A DNA stretch of 64,000 bases from Trichoplax adhaerens (taxonomy: Eukaryota > Animalia > Placozoa): NCBI RefSeq assembly GCF_000150275.1, contig NW_002060947.1, positions 480,695-544,694 of the forward strand, given 5' to 3'. This document shows, piece by piece, positions 11,021 to 23,200 of the stretch. A model generated the notes under the pieces. The model worked only from the letters and a program-made list of their open reading frames with translations, ran no database searches and was not told where the DNA came from. Within the stretch, counting starts at the first letter, position 1. Each line of letters opens with the position of its first letter. A program made the position numbers and the translations under genes.

Positions 11021-14000
11021 CTAATATCGCCGTCTTTTAATGATATCCGGTTTCCAATTGATTGGATTAGTTTCTTCAGTCTTTATGCAAATTGAATGAT
11101 AATAATGTCATCATTCTAGGATTCTCATGTAATAAAATTTTTAAAATTTTAAAACGTACCGCAGTTTCGTCCTCTTTATAGATTTTGATAGTTTTGTCAG
11201 CTTCGCATGTTATTAGGCGGCTACCACTTTTATCAAAAGCCATGGCATAAATACCGGCTTCACTATCTAAGGAGCCGGGCTGTACAGCAGTAGTAATCTT
11301 CTGAAAGTTATATCCAGTTCTCCAATCCCAGAAATGGAGTGTTCCGTTATCGGCTACATAGGGCAAAGGAAAAATTGACGTTATACATCATTCGTAAAGG
11401 CGATAAGGTAAATTTTAAAATTTTGATTCGAAGCTATTCAACAGGAAAGCAATTTTGAAGTGTTTACCTCCAGAAACGACAACATTATCATTATTAATAG
11501 ATAAACAGTTTAAAATAGCATTGTGCCCGGAAAAGTTTTGCATAAATTCTCCATTGGGTAGTTTCCATTGTTTGATATTATCAGATGAGGCGGAAGCGAA
11601 CGCAAATCTATAATTGATCATAAATACATATTGACCAGTATGAGTGAATAATAAATAAATAAATGATAATTTTATAACGAAAAATTCAGGATATCAAATG
11701 TATATATGTAAGATAATGTTAAACATACTGAGAAGGATGTAAGGCAACTGTCCTAATACTTTTTTTATGGTTGGTTAAAGTCGTTAATGTTCGACCAGCA
11801 GCAAGATCCCATAATCTTATAGTGCTATCATGGCTTCCAGTGATTATCTACAATGTAATAGAAAACAATATAGACTAATTAAAGATGGATTGTGAATAGA
11901 AGCCGTGTCCGAATCGTTCTAGTCACGGGACATGCATTACTTGCGGATCAACAGCCTGGCACTTTACTGTAGCCACAGTATTAGTATGACCAGTTAGCGT
12001 GTGAATAGCTGCCTTAGTTCGCATATCCCAAACCTATAATGGATTCAAATTAAGATTCATTCATGACTGTAACTTAGTTAGGTACTGCAAATTGTTAATG
12101 TGTCATGGTTATAAGATTACTCTAGCGGTAGCATCGCGACCACAAGTAACGAGGACGTCTATAGAGGGGTGGATATCAACAGCATGTACTGCGCTTAAAT
12201 GCCCATGATAATGTCGAATGACCTAATATAGCATCAAATCATGACTGCCGATTAGAGCGAGATGTTTATTCAAGGGTGAAATAATGCCTTACTTATGTGA
12301 AGTAGCTGACAACCGTCCTTACCTTGTTACATTCTAAATCCCAACATTTCACTTGTTTATCCTCACCTACGGAAAACAAATACGGATGTCTTGGGCTAAC
12401 AGCTAACCCACGTACTACACTAATGTGACCGGTTAGAGATAGCTTTAATCGTCCAGACGCTAGATCCCAGATCTTCATCACAAATAGTTGAATTATTTAG
12501 TTATGGAATAAAATGGTAACATTACTAAAGTTAATACAATCACTACCTTAATCGTACGATCTCCAGATCCAGTGGCAAACCAATCGTTTCCTGGTTCGAT
12601 AGCTACTGCCCGGACCCATCCATGATGGCCACTAATTACCTAATGAATAAGAGTATAGTATTAAGATACGAATGATTCCTAGCGTGCGCAATCACTACTT
12701 TGATAACAACGTGTGGTTGATGCTGTTCTTACCCTCATGAGTTTCCAAGGTGGATGCCATTGTGGCTTAGGTAAAGATGATGCTTTTCGCGCTATTAACT
12801 GACTACTAGACGGTTGTATCTTGGCTACAGCCTTCGACTACATCATTCAAAGGCATCAATGATAAAATTATTCAAATTGATTTTTATAAAACCAAATCAA
12901 TATTATTATCAACACAAAGGATGAACAATTAAGAAATACATTATTCGATTTTCCTTTAATGTCAGCAATTCCAGCGCCACGTTTCTGCACTTCTAACCTA
13001 TAAGATGTCGATCTAATGGTGATGATATTGTCAATGCATAATAGTTTAACTTTCAATAATCTTACTGGTCTTTGGAAGGAGGTAATGAACGATACACTTG
13101 GTCCTTGGCGGCTTGAGAAATAGGCTTTCCCTTAGCCATAGTATTATCGGAAAGTTGGACGCCTAGAACACATGAAAGATGATCGTCTGAACGAATACGA
13201 GCAAACACAAGTATGATATATTCCGTTGTTACAATAAAGGAAGACATCAAGTTTTTCCAAAGCAATCAATATCTACTACGTTTGAGTTAACAAGTTAAGG
13301 CAATGGCTAGTATTTTGTGATAAATTCATAGTCTATCAAGGGTCAAAGATATCGGACAAATTTGAGTTGTGTTAATACGTTTTTCCATCTAACCTGGTGC
13401 AGACGGGTATGGATGACCTCCAGTTACAATCGGTTGTGAAGTATCTCCTATGGATTGTCATTATATGTACAATAATTAATTAATATAAGAGTCCATTATG
13501 AACCTGGAAATGAGCTTGCGAAACAAATTTCAAACGCAAGTCATTTATCAACTGCTTCTTGTATAGTGCACCATTCTATTACTGTATATAACATTGAATT
13601 ACTTTCTGTCGTTGCAATGATTTCTGGATCTCCGTTATCGTTGGAGGTCGCTATTCCTGTCATGGCTTGCTTGATTGGTGGTAAATCTTTTACATTGCAA
13701 TATTCATCCATAACTTTAAAGTTCATCCGAGATTCGTCGCTGTCAATATTGTAGTGAAGATAGAAAGCAATGCAATGAATGATGTGCAAATGTAAGCATG
13801 AACAAGAAAGAAGGATTAACATTGAATCAAGTTTTCAAATCGTTGTATAAGTGTATTTGGTATACAGAATCAATTTTTAGCATGGACCCATTGCAGTATA
13901 CCGTAGTAGTATTACGCTTGGCAAATGAACGATCCAAGTGGATCAACGTAGTGTGTTAACGATAGCCTCTTTATTGGCGAAATGTCGTTATGGACGGTAT

Positions 14001-14337
14001 ACACTTTCAATCAATAACATCATTTTACATGCTACTGGAATGAGACAAGTCGATGTTGGAGAATCAAACCTAATATCATCCTGTGGTAACGGTTTCATAA
14101 GATCGGACATGAACATCTCGTGGGTTCTTTTGAGTGAGCGAAATATCATTGTATGTGCGGAAAATTTTTGTTGGGTTTCCTAAGCAGAAGATAATATTGT
14201 TAGCAAGCATTGAACAAAACAGTTTGAATAATAGTGTTGTCCAGTCTGGTGACTACAGTGGAAATGGTCGGTGAAGACGATTAACATGAGTTGATTTCGA
14301 TTTTTATTCTAGCAAAATAACAGCATTAACTCACCAT
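11021..14337 (-). CDS. PLRG1: Pleiotropic regulator 1 (Prp46, Prp19/NTC spliceosome WD40 protein), multi-exon
   Basis: M|[125 protein letters not shown] and [12 protein letters not shown]-stop. The first coding exon appears to be the ATG alone (14335-14337, followed by GTGAGT). Confidence 0.97.
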
Positions 14338-14439
14338 TTTGATTCTCCACGGACGGACACGTTGTGGTACTGTACAGACTTCGCTTTACAGTGGGTCATT
14401 ATACATTATTATACCAGTTTAGCATCAACGTTGATCGTG

Positions 14440-15125
14440 TACCGTACTGTACAGTACAAAAAACTGTCGCAAGTCTGCAGTAAAGTACTGTACTGGTAGG
14501 GCCCGCGCCGCGCTCGTGTATAGTGTACCCTGTACTGCTATCTATGGTATAGGATAGTACAGTACAGTACTGTAGAGTTCATACGAACAAGCGTATTGAA
14601 GGTTAGTACAGTACTGTACTGCAGTATTCTCAATCTGTACTGTACACTGTACACTGTACAGTACTGTACGCTTGTTCGTTAGTATACTGTACTGTACTGT
14701 ACTGTACTGTACAGTACAGTATTGAAGGTTAGTACAGTACTGTACACTGTACACTGTACAGTACATCGTCTAGTACAGTACAGTACACGGTATAAAGTTA
14801 CTGAACCTCTGACAGATCTACGACAAATGGTAATACTATCTGTCAAATGAGCACATTATCGTAAACCGTCAGCAAAGCGACGGGAGTTTGTACTAGTAAT
14901 ATTATAATTTATATATTACTAGTGCAAACTCCCGTCGCTTTACTGACGGTTTACGATAATGTGCTCATTTAACATCTTTTACGTATAGAAGGTTAGTACA
15001 GTACAGTACAGTACTGTCAATCTGTACTGTACTGTACGTATGTACTGTACACTGTACAGTACAGTATACAGTATACAGTACAATCAATTTTGCCCGGCGT
15101 GATAGTACAGTACACTAGTACAGTA
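14440..15125. repeat. Dense (CAGTA)n/(TACTG)n pentanucleotide tracts in both orientations, upstream of PLRG1 and the TIR gene
   Basis: Examples are 14686-14721 and 14996-15082, interleaved with three copies of GAAGGTTAGTACAGTAC (about 14598, 14724 and 14988). Confidence 0.9.
14807..14974. mobile_element. Two Helitron-like 3' termini arranged tail-to-tail (inverted repeat 14841-14974)
   Basis: Left copy: hairpin CCGTCAGC-AAA-GCGACGG, about 9 nt spacer, then CTAG|T at 14893-14897. The mirror-image copy starts at CTAG 14919-14922. An AT-only spacer lies between them, and a third copy is at 41379. Confidence 0.7.
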
Positions 15126-15791
15126 GTTGCAAACCAACCGTCTTTGAATGACGCACAAGATGGACGTTGTCCTACAGTTCTAGCACTAGTCTTTTACAAG
15201 ATTTTAAAGCTAAAAAATGGCTTCGTTTTTGAAAAAATTTCTTGTTCAGGATAGTACTAAGCGTTCGAAGGGTTAAGTGCAACAGTCGACACACAGTCTG
15301 TACTACGACTATATGACAATCCATACTTGTCACTTGGCTGACGAGGCTAGCTTGAATTTTACTAATCATTATTTTAATGAATACCCTATTAAATTGACAA
15401 ATAGAAGAAGACGAGTAACATCGAATAAGTAACTCTATGATAAATTCAGTGAATGATCGAAAATCGGCTATTAATATCATTCATCAAGTAAAAATAAGCG
15501 TTGAAATACATTTGACAAAGTAGAACTATCAAGATTGTACTGACAATTTGTCCAATTTGGATCCCCATACCCAGAACTGGCAATGCGCTAAATTTAGTCC
15601 ATCAATTATGACGAAAAATCCCCTTGCATCAAATAAATAAATAAATAGATTATCGAAACAAGTTCATGTTATATATATTGCAGTACATCAACAGCTTATC
15701 GTAACATATCTGCTGTGCAATGCCATGTACGTCAAACTGTATTGATATACGAGTAAGTCGAAGATTATTGCAATTCTAGCTCTGTTCTCAA

Positions 15792-18301
15792 ATGAAGTCG
15801 ATATGGAGGCGCTGGACAGTATCGAATAAAACGACACCAAAGGCTATCTCATTTTACTCTCATTCCAATGGCGATATTACCGCAGAGGTTATCTCATCTC
15901 CCTCGAATTCCAACGACGCTATTTCTAACAACAGCACGCCAAAGGTTTTCGCAGGTCGTTCCAATTCCAAGCGCGACGTGACCGCAAAGGCTATCTTATC
16001 TCACTCTAATTTCAAGGACGATATTTCTAATAGCACTAGGCCAAAGGTTTCCTCATCTCATCCTGATTTCAACCACAACATTCCTAATAGCACTAGGCCA
16101 AAGCTTTCCTCATCTCACTCTGATTTCAACCACGACATTCCTAATAGCACTAGGCCAAAGCTTTCCTCATCTCACTCTGATTCCAACCACGACATTTCTA
16201 ATAGCACTAGGCCAAAGCTTTCCTCATCTCACTCTCATTCCAACCACGACATTTCTGATAGTACTACACCAGAGGTTATCTCAGCTTACTCTAAATCCGA
16301 TAATACTACACCAGAGGTTGTCTTATGTCACTCCGATTCCGATAATGACATTGCCTACGGCAAGAAATTAGAAGTACACTTGAAAGAGCTCGGTGTAAGG
16401 GTTTTCAGAACTGATAAATCACTCACTCCAGGAAAGTCCATAAGTGCAGAATTTGGTAGACTTGCTCAGAAGCTCTTTATCTTTATTTTAAGCGGACACA
16501 TTTTTACCCGTGCGAATAACTGGCTAGATCATGTTTTATCACTTAAAAGCGATGAAGCTGATCCTTCAGCTAGTACAAACAGGGGACTCGATGATATTGT
16601 TATAATTCCTGTTCTACGTATGCCAAGTCATGAATTCGATCGCTATTGCCGCCCTAGCTTAAGTAATTTAAACAAAATCGAAGGTTTAAGAGGGCCCTCA
16701 AGCGTTGCCGATATTGTACATCATATTCTACAGGAAGGTAACAGTATTGACAATAATACTAATAGTGAAATTTGCTTTGCACAATTTTCTATCCAAGTAG
16801 ATACCTATCTTAATCGTAATCAACTGATTTTGACTAATTTTTATTACATTAAATAATAATGCTATAACTCACTATTTGCAATATCATGCTATACAATTTC
16901 AATAACCAACATTCAGTATCCTGCCTTGATAACAATGCAAATTAGCTGTTGTTGATACTAGCAGAAGCTTTCTGCTGGTTACAATTTAATGCCCCGACTT
17001 GAGTAGACTAAGTTAAATATTACTGTAGCTCCTATTTGAGATATTTTGAAATGTGTTGGCATATTGTGATGGATGCCCTTGTAGAAATTGGCGTTTCGTC
17101 TCCATCGATTGATTAACTATGCCTATTAATATCAGTTGTTTGATAGAATGGACGTGTTTGTGCGCTTGTTAGAGGACTACATCATAACGCAGCTTTAATT
17201 AATTCTAATACCTATAGTACAAAAATGCGTTAGTTTGAAGGGCAAGACTCTACGACTGGTGGGATTACATAGTAACCTCACGGAGTATTTTACTGCAATT
17301 AGTCTTACAGATGGATTTGTAATATCTTTCTCACGCGTCCATTGAAACTATTTTATCAGAGACAAGATTTATTTGCAGTTACGCTTGAAATGAATACCTT
17401 ATATTACAAGTTGCGATAGCAATAATTTCATGAAATATCAAAAATTTCTCTTATATTCTTTTCAATTTTTTTTGCAGTATTTGCAGGTATAATTTAAGAG
17501 TGGTTTAAAATACAGCTTGCGAGCTTATAGATTGAAAATTTTTTAATGTTTTTCCTGCCAACTTATTCAATTTTTAGGAAGTACAAGTAGTAATTTTGCA
17601 CCTTGGCTATCCCAATATCTTCGTAATCGAAAGGGTCAAGGTATTCGATATTCTAGGAGTTAATTCCTACCAACGCAATTTTGCTGCATCGATAAGTCAG
17701 TTTAGAATGTCAAGAGATGTTACAATTGAGGATATCATTAAAGTAGAAGATGAAACAATCTGAATAATAATTTGTAACTGACATTAATTCAACACTATAT
17801 TAAAAAAAACTTATTGGAACGGGTAGAATTCACTAGTTATTACAAAAAACTTCTTAGATTAATAAAATAATTTTTATAACTTTCCTATTCTATTCACGCA
17901 TAGAGTTACCCAAGGGTATACAATACGATGTATTTGTTACCTATCAAGAAAAAACAGAATACGTACAAGCATTAGTGGGAAAACTGCGCTCAGATTGGTT
18001 CAGTTTAAAGGTCTACGATAAAAAGCTAGAAGGTTTAACACACTCTCTTATTGAGCCAACAATTGAGAAATCGGCTAAGATTTTGGTCATTTTAAACGGC
18101 AATTTTAACTCTGTAAAGTGGCAGAATCATTATCAACCATGGATAAAGTATCATAAAAAAACTGCTCAAGTTACGTGTATACTATGTGATCCAGAAAAAT
18201 TTTCAAGATTAAGTGAGACCGTTTTTGCAAAGGCGCAGCGCATTGACTGGAATGATGCCTACCTATACGAAACGTTGTATAAAAGATTACGGGAACAGTA
18301 A
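15792..18301 (+). CDS. Tandem-TIR-domain protein with Ser/His/Asn-rich N-terminal repeats; exons 15792-16737, (17478-17486 possible micro-exon), 17578-17640, 17904-18301
   Basis: TIR1: PEVVLCHSDSD...KKLEVHLKELGVRVFRTDKSLTPGKSISAEF...FIFILSGHIF...NNW...VIIPVL. TIR2: QYDVFVTYQEK...LVGKL...LKVY...IEKSAKILVILNGNF..VKW...IDWND..LYETLYKRL. All introns are GT-AG and phase 1, preserving frame. Confidence 0.8.
15830..16352 (+). repeat. Coding tandem repeat, 45-60-bp units, about 11 copies (core 60-bp x4 nearly perfect at 16020-16260)
   Basis: ATTTCTAATAGCACTAGGCCAAAGCTTTCCTCATCTCACTCTGATTCCAACCACGAC repeated, encoding ISNSTRPKLSSSHSDSNHD. Confidence 0.93.
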
Positions 18302-20204
18302 GTTGCTCCAACTTCTCATATTCACTTTCAAACTGTAACCTTATTACAGTACAAGTACTTTGAATAAATGAATTAATTAGTGTGACAATTAACTAATTAT
18401 AGTGTCATCAATGATATAATTTTGTTGAGTAATGAATCATATGTTAACACCTAGCCATTAATTAATTAACGACTATTAAATATCATAGAAAGTGTGTTGC
18501 GATTCTTGCTCTATTCAGCATGTAAACTTGACTATAAATTTATCATTGTTTTGCATCAACGAAGCTTGTGAGGCTATCTAAAAGCCTCAAAGTTCTTAAT
18601 TGAAGGAGTTGATAAGTTAGTCGATAACAGATGGTTATCAGTTGTTAGTAGTAGATTGTAAGTTATGATTTCGATCGGTCATTTTAATAAAAAGCCTTTA
18701 GAATAAAGCTTTAATCCTTAACGTCAGTATTTTATCGTCTAAGACTGGAATCTAGGTTTGGTAGATTAAAGAGCGCTTAGAGCTACTTGCTTCGATAGTT
18801 AGCACTACTTTAGAGGAAAGAACCCCTTTAATTTTTTTATGTAGCAATCTCGGTTGTGACAATTAGGAAAATATTTGTATCCGCTTAGTCAAGCGATATA
18901 CGAATTGTCAAGCTATGCTTTTAAGTAATTTTGCACGTATGCTTGCTGCCAGTGATACCATGCCACGGCGCTTAATTAATAAAATCCAGGTGAGCTGGTT
19001 GAAAGTGTATATGTCGTTTACCAATAACTAGTAGCTTTCACGTAGCCCTTGATTGAACTATCTATTGGATAGCTGGCACACGCAAGATATAAACATAATC
19101 AGTTTAAATAAACAAGTATGAGCTGGCCTACTTGCTATTTTTCAAAATTATAAAAACTACACGTACTGTACTTGTACTTTTTACTTGACATTATCGTGGA
19201 CTTGCGATGGCTGCACTAAAATAATAGCCTTACTTGACCATATACCGCGTAATGCAAACCCTCGTCAAGAGTATTTCTAGGCAATGTAACTTATAGGAAC
19301 GTATGTCCTTGTATATCCATAGCAGAGAATGCTACCTAACATTATTTTAGGCTACTAGAGTTTATTCTTGGTTTGCATAGCTTTTAATTGCTACATACAA
19401 AGTGAACGATAGATCAACGACAAGCCAATTTCTACAGTACCAGGAAGGCTTATAAAATAGTTGACAAGACAGTAAAATGAAAAAATGCAGAGTAGTCAAA
19501 CAGTTGTACAGACTATAAAGGATTACCTTGTAGGTCATGACAATTGTAGAATCTACCTTTGTAACATTGTATGTCTAGCAGACCATATTAATCCCTATAC
19601 TGAATGTTATGACGTTGCCGTAAGCGCTAAATAAATCTGATTACAAAATTGATTAGAGTCCGCTTCATTCTAATTTCCTACTCTACTCTGGTTACGGCTA
19701 CAAAGTCTGCTATAATGAAAAAATTGATTGACTACTATAAGACGTTAACGATAATATGTAATCATATAGAATCAATTAATTATCGATGGGCTTCCAAAAC
19801 AATTCATCAATAACATTCACTCAGAAAATAAAAGTTTGAATTTGGATCATGACTAATAGTTTCTAAATCATCATATTAGAAATGACGGAATTAACAGGTT
19901 ATGATACAGATAATGTGTATTTACATGCAGTACGTATAATTCGAAGTCAATAAAAATACTAAATAATTCGAGGATATACTGCATTATCATATTGCAGTAT
20001 TGTAACGGGCAAAAAAAATTGGCACGGGTGCAATCCCTAACTGTAACTTTTCGCATCTATAGGCCTATTAATAATAACATGTTTGTAACGCCATCATCAC
20101 ACAGTGATGATCATTTTTGTGATATGCTAAAACTACGAATATTCGTATTTCATGACGTAATGGCAAAGGCCAAAAATATTTTGATTTTTCTACAAAATAT
20201 CCGG

Positions 20205-23200
20205 TTAACGAGACTTTTTCACCGAAGTGGTTTTCATAATATTCCCAGAATTGATGCAAGGCTTAAGTGGAGTTGCAAGTCTATCAAATGTGTTCGTTGT
20301 TTCATGAAGGATTTGATTTTCCAGCTTTCTTGTTGACCTTTTCTCTTTATCTAGTTGGTCTTGAAGCTTTACTACCTCCTATATACACAAAAAGGTGATA
20401 TAACTTTCCTGGTGTTGACTTATATGATTACGTAACTTAGGTATCATGCAAGAAAACAAGAATTGAATGAAATTTAGTGTTTAATTACATAAATAGAGAC
20501 TTCACATACCTGCTTTAGTCGAAGATTCTCCTCTTTAATGCGTTTAATATGCTGAATTTTCTGCTTGTTATTCTGATGTCCAAGAAGCTTAGCATAGTTT
20601 TTACTTAATTGATTGACCTAAAAATTAAATGAAATCCAAGTGTTGGATAGAAAGTAGCATGTACTGTCTAGTCGCTTTCAGTAATAAAAGCGTTCTGCTA
20701 AATATGTGTATAATTGAAGTTTTATGACCTCCTTCGTTGCTTCTTTATTTTGATAGAGAAGTAATTTCTTTTCTTCTTCATACTCCTCCAATTGTGCCTT
20801 AATTTAATATTAACGTTAGCGATATTCTAATTAGCATAAAAGTTATATTGGCAATATACAGTAGATTGTAGGATAGCAGTCTTCGATTATGCGTACCTTA
20901 AAAGGTAATATCATTTCGTTCAAATTTTCATACATAGTTTTCCATCTAGTATACAAGATAGAGTTTTCATATTTCAGACTACAATCTATCAATGGTATAC
21001 TAACTAGCTACAATAATCCAATATCTTACTTCTCTGCCTCTGTACGCCATTGTAGTGATTCTGTCAAATATCTAACGGGCGGTATAAGTTAAAATGTAAT
21101 CTTAAAAACAATTCTTGGTTATATGCTGTTAAAAAGATTTTATTCATTAGTATATTTAAATTACTGTTGGCTTTTCTCCTGGTATGTTGCAATGACTTCC
21201 TCCTTAGCTGCTGTTAGTGAATTATTAAACTGCAAGAAATTTAAATGTTTGATAGATGGGTTAAGTTCAGTAGATGAAATAAACCATTAATTACAACTGA
21301 TAACTAGCAATCGTATTATAGCACCCGCAACTACCTTGTGCACTTCCGATTCCATAGATGCTCTACATGCTGTAATATCTTTCTTGAGATTATTAATTTC
21401 TGTAATGCTTTCCTTAGCTTTTAATTCCCATCGTGATACTTTTTGCAGATCTCTGCATTCGGATTATATTTTGATAACAAAACATTTTCAATCGTTTCGG
21501 CTTTTAACCAACTTAAATGTGTATTGCTTAGATTTCTTACTCGATTGTACTTTCAAGTTCCATCTTATGCGCTTCAGCTAACTTTTTGGCTTCCACTAGT
21601 TGGCCGGTTACCTACGCATTACAAGATTATCAAATACTATTAGTGAGAGTTGCTTACAATATTTTGACAATATAGCGTAATCTGGTTTAATTAAAGCCAT
21701 ATTGACAACAAAGTCAAATGAGTCCAATATCTGCGGACATATCTTCATTCATCTACTCACTAAGTCAATTTGATGAGTTGATTCTGCTTTCACTTCATCA
21801 TACATTTTGCCTAATTCATCGTATCTTTTATCTTTTTCCAACACAGCATTCTGTAACAATTTAATGTTGTTAATAGGTAAGACTGCCAGTAAATTAGCTT
21901 TTAGGTCGATTTTAGCTATCTTAAATTCTACGTAATTGCGTAATAACCTTTAGCTCATTCAAGTTTTCAGAAAGTTCATTTATATTCCTTTTCATGTTGG
22001 TATTCTCAAATTGCCTAATAAAATTTTAGTAAGTTAGGTGAGTTGAAACGCATACTTTAATCTAGTGCGATTGCGGATTTACACAGTTGCAAAACTAACA
22101 AATCTTCAATCAGCTCTTTTTTCTCTGCTAGCTCATTTAAAAGTTGCTGCTGTCTATTAGTTGCATTTTTCTTTTCGTTAGTCAGCGCTTCTAATGCCAA
22201 ACGATTCTTTTCCAATAAGGAATTCATTTCCTGCTCGATAAATCCCTCGTTTCTGTTCGTAAAGTTGATTATTATTATAATTATACGCATTGTCAAATCC
22301 CACAGCATCAAAGATATTACTTTCATAACGATAAGCTATGAATTCTTGGTTTGCTTCTATTTGTTACAGTACACTTACTTCTTAAATTCATCCTTCAGCA
22401 TTTGTATCATTCCTTCAGTTTCAGCAATAATTAAAGAACGCGCTGCTAGCTGCTCTTGCATGGTATAAACTTCAGCCTTTAAATTTCTACACAAACAGTG
22501 AATCATCACATTAACTATAGCCAAGTGTTGGTATATCTACGCTGTGGTTAAGACATTTATTTCTTCGGAAAGTATATACTACAGTATATATAAATTTACT
22601 GCATTAGTAAATAGGTTGTTGCTATTTAGACAACAACAATTTTTGGTGATTGCCTAGTAATAGTTGTCATCCATTTTCCCAATCGATAAAAATCAAACTA
22701 TGCATACTATATAGCGGCAGTCCAGAATTAGATTTCTATCATATAACATGTGGAAATTTTACGTGTTTAGGAAAAAATTATAGATAAATTCATCGAAGCT
22801 TACAGAATAGTTTCCTCCATGCTCTTCTTAGAGTCTGTTAATGTCATAACTTCCTTTGTAATTTGATTCACTTGATTTTTTAATTGTTGTCTGTCCGGCA
22901 TAATTAAGTGAATGAGTAACAATAACAGCATTTTTAATTCATTTTCATCGGCATTACATGATATTACTTACTTTTCCATTGCATGGGAGTGGATCGAATT
23001 TTTGGCTTCATCTGCTTCCGTTTCGAGTGTTTGAATACGCTGATTACGGACATTAATATTTTCTTCAGCAATTTCGATGTCGACTTGATATCTATCAATA
23101 GCTTTCGTTAGTTCATGATTTTGGTTTTCTAACTGTGTCAAACGCTTCTTTAAAACTGTAATTTCATTTTCTGAATCGCGCTTAATTTCTTGTAGTTTTT

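Noticed and set aside
14542-14766. 74-aa Tyr/Cys/Thr/Val-rich ORF
   Set aside because: It is a translation of the (CAGTA)n microsatellite.
8160-18301. Bacterial anti-phage system (Avs/Thoeris) or contaminant contig
   Set aside because: The TIR gene has spliceosomal introns and both genes are interleaved with intron-rich animal genes; only ancient HGT of the NB-ARC remains possible.
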